Positions 9,342-19,911 of a DNA stretch of 64,000 nt are shown piece by piece. The notes under the pieces were generated by a model. It was not told the DNA's origin, made no database searches, and worked only from the letters and a program-made list of their open reading frames with translations. The stretch's first letter is position 1. Every line of letters begins with the position of its first letter. The translations under genes were made by a program, and so were the position numbers. The stretch lies in the IMG/VR virus record IMGVR_UViG_3300017963_000188, positions 294,039 to 358,038 of that record; one strand, 5' to 3'.

Positions 9342-12300
9342 ATGTCAGAAAATTTTGGAAGTGGTGTTTCTAGGACCCTTGAAGCTAAAGATCGTCAGTA
9401 TAGTACCGTTGTGTGGCAGAAAGGAAAGCCACCTCTCGATAGTGAGTTGAATCTGATTAGCCAGATCATCCAAGAGACATATGATAAGCTCTCTGAGGCT
9501 TCAACTCCATCTGGATGGGTTGGAGATCCTATTCGTATCACAGAAGACTTTATCACTAATTCTTCATGGTCAAACCGATTCAGATTTGGTACTCAGAGAA
9601 ACAGTGAAAAGAGAGGTTTTCCAATCGCTGTGGTGAATGGTTGGGTAGTCCCTGTTGTAGCTACCAGGGTAGGTGACCCACCGACTTCTCCAAATGATAC
9701 TGATTTCTTCAATCAAATTGATCTTGATCCACCTCCCAGTGGTGTAGGTGACTTCAGAACTGATTTTGTTTTCTTGGAGGTTTGGAGAGCACAGTTGAGT
9801 CCTGGAGGGACAACTTCCAAACCTACAGCAACTGAAATATACAAGTTTGGTAACACTGAACATGGTGGGACAAACCTATCAGATGACATTCAAGACCCAG
9901 CAATTGGTTTTGAGACCACAGAACGAGTCCAGGTTCAATATCGTATACGAGTTGTTTCTGGTGTGAGTCTTTCAGGTCATAATGATGGGTTTGATGATTC
10001 TGCTGTGTTTGCTCGTGGGGCATCTAGCACCAACACAGCTTTCACTTTTGAAAATATGCGTGAAGAACTTGGTGATCCAGGTTTGTGGAGAGCAGGGGAT
10101 GGTGATTACACCAACTCATTAGGTGCTGTAGATGGATATAGTTTTGCTATTCCTATTTGCAGTGTTTTCAGACGTAACTCTCAAGCATATGCTGCTGATT
10201 CAAATCAGAATGGTGGGGTTAATAGAAATCTTGCTGCTACAACAAGGGATGATGCTACTGAATTCATCAACACACCTACTCTAGATACAGCAATTGATGA
10301 TGATGATGTGAGTTTGGATCTTGTGACTATCACCAGCACTGGTTTGCCAAATGTGCAAAGTGTGATTCGTATTGATGATGAAATCCTTACCTATGCTGGT
10401 ATCACAAGTAATACCCTGACTGGTCTTGTGAGAGAGGCTTACAACTCTGCACCGCAGGAACATAAAGCAGGGGCTACAGTCACATTGCTCCCAATGCGTC
10501 CTGATGGTTTGTTTTCAGATCAGGTGGCCAATAAGGACATTTTTGATCTGAGACATGTTGTGTCTCTTGAGTCAATGGACTTTCAACGTTTGTTATCTCA
10601 CAATTTCACCAAGCTGTTAAGAGGTGAGTTGAAATCTACTTGGAAGAGATCCGGTGCTTCTGGTATTCGAGGTCCTGAGATTCTTTTCGTAGATAGATTA
10701 ACTTCTACCTCCCCACCAGCAGGTGTCTCTGAACTAGATGATACAGATAATCATCGTATTATCTTTTCTGATGCAGCTTTGATGCAACCTGGGAATATTT
10801 GCATGGTAGCACCCCCTGCCACAGATGGTAGTGAGCAATCAGCTACTTTAGCAGGTTTTGGTCTAGAGGTTACAGCTACTGCTCAGGTTGCTACAGCTAG
10901 TACCTGGACTGCGGGAGATTGGATCAGAATCCCTATATCTCAGTTCAAAAATGGGTTCCAGGGTGGGCATGATGACAGTGTTCGATTCCTTGCTGATTCT
11001 GAATTAGAGACTACTGTTAGAATCTACATTGATGGGGCAGAGACTGAATACACAGCAAATGGTGGTGGTAATGATTACTTCACTGCTGAAGCTTACACTG
11101 GTGGTGGTGTGCCTGATCCTGATGATGATTTAAAGATTACCTTTGGGGGTGATTGGCCTACTACCGCAGATACTAATCTGATCATTTCATTTGTGCTTCA
11201 ATATGGTCCAGGAAGAGGGTTGAGTAGGACTCCTAATTTCATGCACGAGATTAACTTCTCAACCTCTACTACTGATATTCTGACTAGATACTTCAACAAA
11301 TTGCATATGGAACCTATCCATCTTTGGGGTCGTATCAATCCTGAGGGGTATAGAGAAGAGCCAGTTAAGAACAGTGAAGCCTATATTGACCTTGGTTCTA
11401 AGACAGCAATCATTAGTCCTTGGCGTAGGTTGGGAGTACCTGACATCAAGGTTATTGACGGTTCTGGTTTCAACGGTGGTAGTGGTCTTATGCCTGTAGG
11501 GGCAGCTCCTAAGGATGAGGTAGATCCATTGGATCTGTTCAAGGGTAGTGATAATGGTGCTACTCAGCATTGTGTGAGTTTCCCTCATGATTGGATCTGT
11601 TTCCCTCGGACAGGAGATGTGTATGTACCCATTCTTCATGAGACAGTAGGCAACTTCTATCGAGGTATCAACTTCTTCATGTCATGTTCTGAAGGTGCTC
11701 ATGCTACGTTAGACGACAGTGAAAAGAATTATGTCAACACCTCATATGCTGACTCACAGCAGTTCTTCAGCACCTCAACTGATGGTTCTACCCCAGCAGC
11801 TTACAACCGTAAGATCACAACAGGTACTGGTGAAATTGCTGCCCATAGTGTAGCTGGGATGAGAAAATATAGTAGTGGAGATAGAGAAGGTTTAGAACTT
11901 CCACCATTCTATGGTGTAGCTCGTCTATTTGCTGTGTATGAAGGGGTTGATTTTGAAGCTAATGGTTCTGCATTTGATACCACGACAAGAGCACCTCTTG
12001 CTGGTGGTGCTGTAAATCTTCTCCGACCAGAGTTTGATGGACCACCTATTTTCATCATAGAAGATGATGATGGGGATTGCACCTTTGTATTGAATGCAGA
12101 AGCCATTGACTTGAATCAGCTTGCTTCACCACCAGCATCTTTTGCTGATGGTGAGTATGTACTTGAAGCTTCTGTGTTTGGTTTTGACCGTGGGTTCTTG
12201 ACCGACAATTGTCGGTTGGTGCTCAGTCGAAGTGTGGCTCATGTGGTAGGGGACGATATTGATTCTCCAAATTACATTCTTCAATCACCAGTATCGTCAA

Positions 12301-13346
12301 CAGTAGATATTGACATTGCCTACTCAAGGACTCCATACCAAGGAGACCCATTTGGTAGTCAAGAAAATCATCTAGATCGTCTTTATAGACCTGGGTGCAT
12401 GTCTAGTGCTGATGTTCGGAATATTCTGGATAACCCACTGGATTATGATACTTTGACTCTTGACAATCAAAAGTCGTTTGAGGTGTTAGAAGGTCTTTCG
12501 TTTGCCACCACTTTGGGATCTGGTACCCTTTCATTCCCAAAGACATTCTATAGCAATAGTGATGTTTTGGTGGGGTACGAGGAACCAACATCTTGGCCTC
12601 CTACATTACCCACTGATCCAAGACCTTTGGTTCAAATCAATGCTACAACCACTGGTTTTGAGATTTCAAAACCATCTGATACAAACATCATTGAACGGTT
12701 GCCATTAGGGTCTCTGTTTAGAGACAAAGATTTCCTTGGTATGCTGATGGAATCTCTCAATGGTTCTATATCTAGTAACTTCCGTCTCTGGCATTTCATG
12801 CCTGAACATAGAGTTTTGGTGGAACTTCCTCGTTCAAGTCAGTTTTTGAATGATGGAGAGAATGTTACTGGTCATGAGTATAACAATTTTGATGGTGTTG
12901 GTTCTTATCTCACCTTGGTTGATGGGATCATTGATGACCTATCAAGCACCACAAAATTCAAGACAGAACGAGGTGGTTCTGCTTATGTTTCCTCTCGACC
13001 AATTCCAGGTGGGCCTATTGAGAATTATCTGGGTATTTTGGATCTCACAGCGGCAAAAAGTAGTGTCATGATAGGTCATGCCTTGTTGGTGAGGTCTTAT
13101 CCTGAAGAGGTATCTGGGAATGAAGTAACTGCTGGAGATGAGCTTCAGATGGTGGTAATGACACATTGCTACAAGCCTTCACAGATCTCTTCTTCAGCAG
13201 AAGTTTCTATTATGAACTCTCCTACAGGTACTGGTGAAGGATACTCAGCAGTGGACAGGTTCCGATTGGAAGGACACCCATTGATTCTGAATAGGACTCG
13301 TTACGAGCCTGATACCAGTGCCGTGACATTAGCTAAGAAGGTGTGA
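9342..13346 (+). CDS. Large baseplate/tail structural protein
   Basis: 1334 aa; N-terminal VVWQKGKPPLDSELN resembles the start of phage baseplate/tail-associated proteins (DUF4815/DUF6519-like); GAGGTG RBS. Confidence 0.6.
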   Translation: MSENFGSGVSRTLEAKDRQYSTVVWQKGKPPLDSELNLISQIIQETYDKLSEASTPSGWVGDPIRITEDFITNSSWSNRFRFGTQRNSEKRGFPIAVVNGWVVPVVATRVGDPPTSPNDTDFFNQIDLDPPPSGVGDFRTDFVFLEVWRAQLSPGGTTSKPTATEIYKFGNTEHGGTNLSDDIQDPAIGFETTERVQVQYRIRVVSGVSLSGHNDGFDDSAVFARGASSTNTAFTFENMREELGDPGLWRAGDGDYTNSLGAVDGYSFAIPICSVFRRNSQAYAADSNQNGGVNRNLAATTRDDATEFINTPTLDTAIDDDDVSLDLVTITSTGLPNVQSVIRIDDEILTYAGITSNTLTGLVREAYNSAPQEHKAGATVTLLPMRPDGLFSDQVANKDIFDLRHVVSLESMDFQRLLSHNFTKLLRGELKSTWKRSGASGIRGPEILFVDRLTSTSPPAGVSELDDTDNHRIIFSDAALMQPGNICMVAPPATDGSEQSATLAGFGLEVTATAQVATASTWTAGDWIRIPISQFKNGFQGGHDDSVRFLADSELETTVRIYIDGAETEYTANGGGNDYFTAEAYTGGGVPDPDDDLKITFGGDWPTTADTNLIISFVLQYGPGRGLSRTPNFMHEINFSTSTTDILTRYFNKLHMEPIHLWGRINPEGYREEPVKNSEAYIDLGSKTAIISPWRRLGVPDIKVIDGSGFNGGSGLMPVGAAPKDEVDPLDLFKGSDNGATQHCVSFPHDWICFPRTGDVYVPILHETVGNFYRGINFFMSCSEGAHATLDDSEKNYVNTSYADSQQFFSTSTDGSTPAAYNRKITTGTGEIAAHSVAGMRKYSSGDREGLELPPFYGVARLFAVYEGVDFEANGSAFDTTTRAPLAGGAVNLLRPEFDGPPIFIIEDDDGDCTFVLNAEAIDLNQLASPPASFADGEYVLEASVFGFDRGFLTDNCRLVLSRSVAHVVGDDIDSPNYILQSPVSSTVDIDIAYSRTPYQGDPFGSQENHLDRLYRPGCMSSADVRNILDNPLDYDTLTLDNQKSFEVLEGLSFATTLGSGTLSFPKTFYSNSDVLVGYEEPTSWPPTLPTDPRPLVQINATTTGFEISKPSDTNIIERLPLGSLFRDKDFLGMLMESLNGSISSNFRLWHFMPEHRVLVELPRSSQFLNDGENVTGHEYNNFDGVGSYLTLVDGIIDDLSSTTKFKTERGGSAYVSSRPIPGGPIENYLGILDLTAAKSSVMIGHALLVRSYPEEVSGNEVTAGDELQMVVMTHCYKPSQISSSAEVSIMNSPTGTGEGYSAVDRFRLEGHPLILNRTRYEPDTSAVTLAKKV

Positions 13347-13347
13347 T

Positions 13348-13533
13348 ATGGGACAAAGAACTCTTTCTAAAACAGCTCTGCCAAAAGAGGCTCGTCTTAG
13401 TGGTCTGAGCATTGAAGTAAATCGAATCAAGAATCTTCTCTTGAATCCAGCCTTAGGTTCTACTGAACGAGATAGTCTTCAGACCAAGCTGGAATCGTTG
13501 CTTCAAGAAAAACGTGATGTTGAACAGGAGTAG
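13348..13533 (+). CDS. Small hypothetical protein
   Basis: 61 aa ORF packed between neighbours. Confidence 0.45.
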   Translation: MGQRTLSKTALPKEARLSGLSIEVNRIKNLLLNPALGSTERDSLQTKLESLLQEKRDVEQE

Positions 13534-13539
13534 ATCCTT

Positions 13540-13962
13540 GTGCTACAGATCAGAAAAATAGCCTACTCTGTAGCGTCACGTATCCCTATATATGAAGACC
13601 TCCAACCAATCAAATTAGACAAGTCGTATACTGAAGAAGAATTGATCCGTATGGATACTGAAGACCTCGATATGATGGCTTTTGGGTTCCATTCAGGTGA
13701 TTTGCTTGAGGTACATCCAGAAAGTCTTACTGTAATCTATGATGATGACCTTGAAAACGCTAGGGACCAAGCTGAAAGGGAAGGATGGGAATTATGGGCT
13801 AAAAAAGTTGACCTTTCAGATCCAATTGAAGTAAAGTTGAAGCACGGAAGATTGCAAATAGAGGATGGTCATCATAGGTATTTGGCAGCCAAGATTTTGG
13901 GATCTTCACTCTTAGCTATCGTAGAGATATGGGATAATCCCATAGAGAAAATACTTATGTAG
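13540..13962 (+). CDS. ParB/Srx-like N-terminal domain protein
   Basis: PIEV...LQIEDGHHRYLAA motif. Confidence 0.65.
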   Translation: MLQIRKIAYSVASRIPIYEDLQPIKLDKSYTEEELIRMDTEDLDMMAFGFHSGDLLEVHPESLTVIYDDDLENARDQAEREGWELWAKKVDLSDPIEVKLKHGRLQIEDGHHRYLAAKILGSSLLAIVEIWDNPIEKILM

Positions 13963-13971
13963 GAGACTATT

Positions 13972-14394
13972 ATGTGGTGGGACAAAGTAAAGACGTTCTT
14001 CTGGGCTTTTGTAGCCGGTGTTGGGGCTGTGTTGGTGTTTCTTTTCATTCGTCATACCCAAAAAGAAACAAAGGTTGTGAATGACATTCCAGATGATCGA
14101 GTAGATGATAATGGTAACCCAATTCCTATTGGTGAAGAAGATGATAAAGGTTTCACCCAATGGGAAGTGAAAGAGTTTGATGTTGGTATCACTAAAGGTC
14201 AGGCTTCTTCTGTTACCGTTAAAGGAGATGATGGTAAAAAAGAACGTATTAACCTTCCAAAGGGTGTGAAGGCAAAGGATGTGAAACATGTGATTCAAGT
14301 AGAACCAAACACTCTTGTTGTATCCGTAAAGGATAAAACAGGTGTGGATGCTGGTTCAATCCTTGATGTGTTGGAAGGTAAAAAAGATGCTTAA
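13972..14394 (+). CDS. Membrane-anchored protein (N-terminal TM helix), possible i-spanin-like
   Basis: FFWAFVAGVGAVLVFLFI TM segment; AGGAG RBS. Confidence 0.5.
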   Translation: MWWDKVKTFFWAFVAGVGAVLVFLFIRHTQKETKVVNDIPDDRVDDNGNPIPIGEEDDKGFTQWEVKEFDVGITKGQASSVTVKGDDGKKERINLPKGVKAKDVKHVIQVEPNTLVVSVKDKTGVDAGSILDVLEGKKDA

Positions 14395-14953
14395 TATCAT
14401 ATTGATTTCAATGCTTCTTACCGTAGATGGTAATACGGATCAAAAGTGCATCCCAAAAAAGACTTTTGATGAAATAGTTACGGTAGTGAAGAACTATAAA
14501 TGTCTGCAAGAGAACAAACCCAGTATCAAGATAGATGAATGGGTGGTACTTGTAGATGAAGAGGGTCGTATCTTCAGCGGTCCAAGTGATGGGAGCACAG
14601 ACATTGGTGGGAAGATAACCTGGTGCCCATTCGAAGTGGACTTCAAATTCAAGCCTAAACTCCAAATGCACACCAAAAAGAAACCAAAAGGTGGGTTTCG
14701 GTTCCGATTCAAAGCTTATGTATACGGAAAATTTATCTATATAAAAACCCCCAAAGAAATTCTAGATGCTGGGATAGGTATAGATTTTCTGTATTACAAG
14801 AGATTCAATGTCCAAGTTATTACGGGTATCTTGTCTGTGGGTATTGCTATAGGCTGGGATATCACTAAGAACTTTGGGGCAGTTGTGGGGATGACAAATC
14901 CTTGGTGGGAATTCCGACTATCTCCGATGGCTGGTCTATATTTTGGTTTCTGA
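14387..14953 (+). CDS. Exported protein with beta-strand-rich C-terminus ending in Phe (outer-membrane protein/spanin-like)
   Basis: Hydrophobic N-terminus MLNIILISMLL, alternating amphipathic strands, terminal GLYFGF; overlaps the upstream stop. Confidence 0.45.
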   Translation: MLNIILISMLLTVDGNTDQKCIPKKTFDEIVTVVKNYKCLQENKPSIKIDEWVVLVDEEGRIFSGPSDGSTDIGGKITWCPFEVDFKFKPKLQMHTKKKPKGGFRFRFKAYVYGKFIYIKTPKEILDAGIGIDFLYYKRFNVQVITGILSVGIAIGWDITKNFGAVVGMTNPWWEFRLSPMAGLYFGF

Positions 14954-15052
14954 TCTTTGTAACAAAAATAAATCATGGTAAAGTATCGTTACTTACTTCG
15001 GAGGGGGTATTAGTCTACTGATCTGATTAAAACCCTCCAGACAGGATTGGAT

Positions 15053-16672
15053 ATGGCTTTGCAAATACCTAAGGTTTACAATCATTTAAAGGATATTAGA
15101 GGTAGATCCAAAGTTGAGTTGAAGCCAACTTCATTACTAAAAAGTGAAATTGTAAATGAATCTGGGGACACTGTAGAATTTAAACTCCGTAATTACCAAT
15201 CAATTGGAGTTTACAACCTTTTGACCATGAAAAGGTTTATCCTTGGTGATGATACTGGCTTGGGGAAAACTATTGAGACATTGACGACTCTTTCATATCT
15301 CTGGGAAAAGGAAAAGGGTTTCAAGACCATTATCGTCGCACCTAAAAGTGCATTGATGCAATGGCAAAAAGAGATGTCTCGTTTCTTGGTGGGCCTCAAA
15401 GGTATAGTAGTGAAAGGTTCTGCAAAGAACCGCTACAAGATATATGAATCTTTCTTTTTGAAACAAGATCATTTCGCTCTCATAATGAATTACCACATCT
15501 TAGCTAGAGACTGGGATGCAATTCGATATTGGATCGTTGATGAAGAAGAAATAAAAGAAAAAGGAAAGAAAAAGAAGGTCTATAAAGTCAAGATGCGTAT
15601 GGCTACTATCTTTGATGAAGCTACGGCTTTCAAAAATACTCGCACCAAGACTCATGATGTGTGCTACCAATTATCAAAGCTCTCAGATCGAGTCTATGGT
15701 TTAACTGCTACATTGCTCAAGAACAATCTTATGGAAGGTTTTGGGATATTCCGAGTCATTGTTCCAGGGCTCTTCAGGACCAAGACAGGGTTCATGAAAG
15801 AGTTTTGCCATACCCAGTTACAACATGTGGGGAGAGGTAGAAAAATACCTATTGTGGTGGGATACAAGAACTTGAAGAAATTTAGATCTGACATAGACCC
15901 ATATTTCCTGGGACGACCAAAGACAGAAGTTTCAGAAGAGTTACCTGAAGTCATTACAAAGAAGGTGCATCTAGAGTTCACGAAGATCCAGAGGGACAAG
16001 TATGCAGAGGCATTATCTGGATTACTCCTTCTGGAAGATGACGAGAAAGAAACCACCAAGCTCACATCTATGATTTATTGTCAACAGATCGTAGACAGCC
16101 CACATCTTATAGAAATACCTGGTCCATCTAACAAAGAAGAGGAACTGTTCCGTATCTTAGAGGATGAGCTGGACAAAGAAAAAGTGATTATTTACTCCAA
16201 CTTTAGGAAAATGGTGGATCGTCTGGGGGTACTTCTAGAGGAAAAAGGTATCCCTTATACAAGAATCACAGGTGCTGAGAATAAAGATGTGGTGAGGGAG
16301 CAGAACCGAAGTCGATTCCAAGATCCAGAAAGTGGTGTAAATATAATGCTGATCACGAATGCAGGATCAGCAGCCATTAATCTTCAGGCAGCTTCAGCTC
16401 TGATTTTCTATGATTCTCCCTGGAGCTATGGTGATTATAAGCAATTATTGGGTCGTATGGTACGTATAGGGTCCAAGCATACAACGGTCTTGGCTCTTCA
16501 TTTGGTAGTTGAGGGGTCGATTGATATGCACGTTTTAAAGACGTTGAAGAAAAAGAAAGGGCTGATTGATCCTATCTTGGGTGGCTCAGAAGAGACCTTG
16601 AGTTTTGACAGTGAGTCCGAGATCGATGATGTGTTTAGAGCACTAAAAGAAGATGCTAGGAGAAGACGGTAG
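15053..16672 (+). CDS. SNF2-family (SF2) helicase
   Basis: LRNYQ, GDDTGLGKT, FDEAT, LTAT, AINLQAA, QLLGRMVRIG motifs. Confidence 0.9.
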   Translation: MALQIPKVYNHLKDIRGRSKVELKPTSLLKSEIVNESGDTVEFKLRNYQSIGVYNLLTMKRFILGDDTGLGKTIETLTTLSYLWEKEKGFKTIIVAPKSALMQWQKEMSRFLVGLKGIVVKGSAKNRYKIYESFFLKQDHFALIMNYHILARDWDAIRYWIVDEEEIKEKGKKKKVYKVKMRMATIFDEATAFKNTRTKTHDVCYQLSKLSDRVYGLTATLLKNNLMEGFGIFRVIVPGLFRTKTGFMKEFCHTQLQHVGRGRKIPIVVGYKNLKKFRSDIDPYFLGRPKTEVSEELPEVITKKVHLEFTKIQRDKYAEALSGLLLLEDDEKETTKLTSMIYCQQIVDSPHLIEIPGPSNKEEELFRILEDELDKEKVIIYSNFRKMVDRLGVLLEEKGIPYTRITGAENKDVVREQNRSRFQDPESGVNIMLITNAGSAAINLQAASALIFYDSPWSYGDYKQLLGRMVRIGSKHTTVLALHLVVEGSIDMHVLKTLKKKKGLIDPILGGSEETLSFDSESEIDDVFRALKEDARRRR

Positions 16673-17416
16673 ATGGAGAGAAACAGACATGCTAACCCAA
16701 ATTGTCCAAAATGTAAGGGCAAAGGAAGCATTTATCAGTATGACGCTGATACGAATACTGAAGAATTCAAAGAGTGTGTCTGTGTGTATCGTAGTATGAT
16801 AGTGTCCAAACTGAAACGTATACATCCAGATCTATTATCATGTGGCTCTGATATTGATAGAACCTCTCTTTTTGATATGCGGGACGATGACGGTAATATA
16901 AAAAATTTGGTGGTGATGGGAGATTACAATCAAGTTCTTAGACACATCAGGAAATTCTTGATCCAAACGTATACTAACATAGACATAGAGTTTAATTGCA
17001 GATTTATAGATGATTTGGATGTTACAAATAAACGATTTTCTCATAATCGTGCAGAAGGTGAGGATGAGTTTCTAGACTCTCTAAAAATACCAGACCTATT
17101 AGTTATTCTTGCTGACCGAGTACACCATAAAAACTCATTGCTTCCAGATTATTTTTTGGAGGCACTCAAAAAAAGACCACGAATGCATGGTACTTGGGTT
17201 TATTTGCCACGACCTCTTAGTAACAGAAATCATTTTTTCAGTACAGAATTAAGAGAGCATCTATACAAATATTTTGAAGAATATAAGATTACTTCCACTA
17301 TGGCTGTAGTAAAAAATGAAGAAACTGGTGAAGTTATGGAAACTAACAGTGGAAGTGCTAATGTGAAGAAGGTTATATCTAAATCTAGTATTCTGGATGG
17401 ATGTCCAGATGTTTGA
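16673..17416 (+). CDS. Zn-finger protein, possible degenerate DnaC/DnaI-like helicase loader
   Basis: CPKCKG...ECVC N-terminus, PDLLVIL Walker-B-like segment, directly upstream of the replicative helicase. Confidence 0.45.
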   Translation: MERNRHANPNCPKCKGKGSIYQYDADTNTEEFKECVCVYRSMIVSKLKRIHPDLLSCGSDIDRTSLFDMRDDDGNIKNLVVMGDYNQVLRHIRKFLIQTYTNIDIEFNCRFIDDLDVTNKRFSHNRAEGEDEFLDSLKIPDLLVILADRVHHKNSLLPDYFLEALKKRPRMHGTWVYLPRPLSNRNHFFSTELREHLYKYFEEYKITSTMAVVKNEETGEVMETNSGSANVKKVISKSSILDGCPDV

Positions 17417-17426
17417 CGGTTAGTAT

Positions 17427-18899
17427 ATGAAACGTATTGTAAGATCCATAATTAACGTACCCGATAAGAATGGGTATGCTTCAATTCCTGAAGAGGAATT
17501 AATACGTAACTATGCTGTGTTACGTGATTCAGGTTTTGAGTTCAATACTGAAGAAGATCAGAAAATTTTAGAGTGGGTTACTTCATACTTTTATCGATAC
17601 ACCGAGATACCAAATCTTAATAGCACATTAGATTTTTTCGAGGCAAATCAAGAACAAGCAGTTGTAGATCGTGTTGAAGATGTAAAACATACTAATCCTT
17701 ATATGAAGGCTGACTTTGAGAATCTTCTCAGAGATTTGGTATCTAAACAGAAAGATCTCAAGTGTAGGGACATATTACATACCGCTGCTGAAATTCTACA
17801 CCAGGGAGTGACAATATCAGCAGGGAAAAGCAAGACATTCAAGAAAGGTATGCGAGATGCTCTTACCTTTGTGATGAGCGAATCTGATAAACTACTCAGC
17901 CCAGAATTGGGTAATACTAGGTTGAGGGGTGATGTCAGGGATGATAGGCAAGAGCTAGAGCAGAACTATAACAGGATCAAGACAGATCCTACCTATGGAT
18001 ATGGTCGGTTGTGTGGTCTTACGGGAGTTGATGTTGCTTGTAGGGGGAACAAACGTGGTCATCTGTGGATACATGCTGCATGGACTGGAGAGCTAAAGAC
18101 TACATTTGCAATCAATTGGGCCTACAACAATTGCACTAGATACGGATGGAACTCTTATTACCTTTCATTGGAAATGCCCTATGAGCAGATCCGTAACATG
18201 ATTTGGTGTCTTCATTCAGCTAATAGAAAATTCCTCAATGAAGGTCATGAACCTATTTCATATACCAGATTGAGGGATGGTGAACTTACCCCTAGAGAAG
18301 AAGATTACTTCTTTAATGTGGTTTGTCCTGATTTTGAGAATAATCCAGAGTATGGGTCTTTCTACGTTGAAAGACCTGTGGATGATATTACAGTACCAGA
18401 AATAAAGAGTCGGATGGAGATGCTTCATCAACAGATGCCTATTCATCTAGCTTTTATTGATCACGCTGGTCTTGTCACTCCCACTATCAGGAATTCAGAT
18501 TACACCATTGCTCTCAATTCAGTGGTGAGAGATACAAAAAAGATGGCTCTGAATTTCAATCGAGGTGAAGGCATCCCATTAGTCCTTCTCTTCCAGGTCA
18601 ACCGAAAAGGAAAACTCGATGCTGATAAGAATGAGGGTCGGTATAAGATGCAAGACCTTTCATATGCTAATGAAGCTGAACGATCTGCTGATGTAATTAC
18701 CACAACCTATCTCAATGATGAATATAAAGAGAATGCTGAAGTCCTATTTGGATGTTTGAAGACTCGTGACAATGAACCATTTAAGAGTTTCAGAGCCAAA
18801 ATCATGTGGTCATGTAGAAGGCTGTATCATCTCAATATCCAGGATCTCAAAGAACATTCTGATGAGATTCAAATGGATCTGTCAGAATTTTTGGGGTGA
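17427..18899 (+). CDS. DnaB-like (SF4) replicative helicase
   Basis: Variant Walker A AWTGELKTT, YLSLEM, FIDHAGL, LFQVNR, SYANEAERSADVI, KTRD motifs. Confidence 0.85.
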   Translation: MKRIVRSIINVPDKNGYASIPEEELIRNYAVLRDSGFEFNTEEDQKILEWVTSYFYRYTEIPNLNSTLDFFEANQEQAVVDRVEDVKHTNPYMKADFENLLRDLVSKQKDLKCRDILHTAAEILHQGVTISAGKSKTFKKGMRDALTFVMSESDKLLSPELGNTRLRGDVRDDRQELEQNYNRIKTDPTYGYGRLCGLTGVDVACRGNKRGHLWIHAAWTGELKTTFAINWAYNNCTRYGWNSYYLSLEMPYEQIRNMIWCLHSANRKFLNEGHEPISYTRLRDGELTPREEDYFFNVVCPDFENNPEYGSFYVERPVDDITVPEIKSRMEMLHQQMPIHLAFIDHAGLVTPTIRNSDYTIALNSVVRDTKKMALNFNRGEGIPLVLLFQVNRKGKLDADKNEGRYKMQDLSYANEAERSADVITTTYLNDEYKENAEVLFGCLKTRDNEPFKSFRAKIMWSCRRLYHLNIQDLKEHSDEIQMDLSEFLG

Positions 18900-18902
18900 A
18901 AG

Positions 18903-19502
18903 ATGGCTGACTGGGAAGATTGGATCGAATACATTAAAAATGAAGTGACTCTTCATGATGTATTGGACCATTACAACATTGAAAGAAATGCTCCTGGAGC
19001 TGAAATCACTCAATATAAATGTCCTTTTCATTCCATGGGAGGTGATGCCAAACCTTCAGCTCGTGTCTATGAAGAAGGGTCAGGGTATTGTTGGGGCTGT
19101 GGAAAGCCTTATGATAGCATCTCTTTTGTGCGACAGTACGAGGGTCTAGGGTTTGCTGAGACTCTTCGATATATGGAGAAAACCTTTGGGTTGAATCCAT
19201 TTCAGATTCAGGTTCAAGAAAAGAAGGAAGTAACCCCACCTGCTAAGATGATGGAGCAGGTTTTTGAATCTGAAACTAAAGCAGATCCTACAAATTATCT
19301 AGAGTCTATAAATAGACTTCTGATTACCAATCGGGATGAGTTGGATCTAAACTATTACCTGAAGATGTGTATCCTTCTAGATCGTTTGGAATTTGACCAT
19401 GGAAAGAAATCTATTTCGGACCAAGATATGATTAATATTTTATCCCAGGTAAAGGGTAAGATAATACAGAGAGTTCATTATGCCTCTAACAATGACTCTT
19501 AA
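18903..19502 (+). CDS. Primase CHC2 zinc-binding domain protein (no TOPRIM domain visible)
   Basis: CPFH...KPS...YCWGCG...D.ISFV...EGLGF.E motif. Confidence 0.8.
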   Translation: MADWEDWIEYIKNEVTLHDVLDHYNIERNAPGAEITQYKCPFHSMGGDAKPSARVYEEGSGYCWGCGKPYDSISFVRQYEGLGFAETLRYMEKTFGLNPFQIQVQEKKEVTPPAKMMEQVFESETKADPTNYLESINRLLITNRDELDLNYYLKMCILLDRLEFDHGKKSISDQDMINILSQVKGKIIQRVHYASNNDS

Positions 19503-19911
19503 AGGTGAGCCCCTGTTAGAGGTAAATCTATACGTGATATTTTCAAAACAAGGGATTTGGCAAGGAAAATGGGGAAAACTACAAGATCACGAAGAGACCA
19601 AACCTGTAGTGGACCTGTTTTCTTACACTGGCATAGAAGAATATCATCATGCTGTGTATGGGTATCCTGTACCTATGATGCAGAGTTTAGGGGTTCCTCC
19701 TCTGTTTTGCCTCGAAAAACTCCAACATTATTGGGACGGTTGCAATGAGAAAAATTATTGTCTCATGTATAGTGATATGTGTTACTTGCGTCTTGGGATG
19801 CCTAGATGCTTTGAACCAGGCATTCAAGACTTAGAGGTGATAGGGCTAGTGCGAAGAATTTTGTTGGGATGGGCAGATAACTATTATTGGACAGTAGTAA
19901 AGGAAGATTAA
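19480..19911 (+). CDS. Hypothetical protein (Cys-containing)
   Basis: 143 aa, coupled to the flanking replication genes. Confidence 0.55.
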   Translation: MPLTMTLKGEPLLEVNLYVIFSKQGIWQGKWGKLQDHEETKPVVDLFSYTGIEEYHHAVYGYPVPMMQSLGVPPLFCLEKLQHYWDGCNEKNYCLMYSDMCYLRLGMPRCFEPGIQDLEVIGLVRRILLGWADNYYWTVVKED

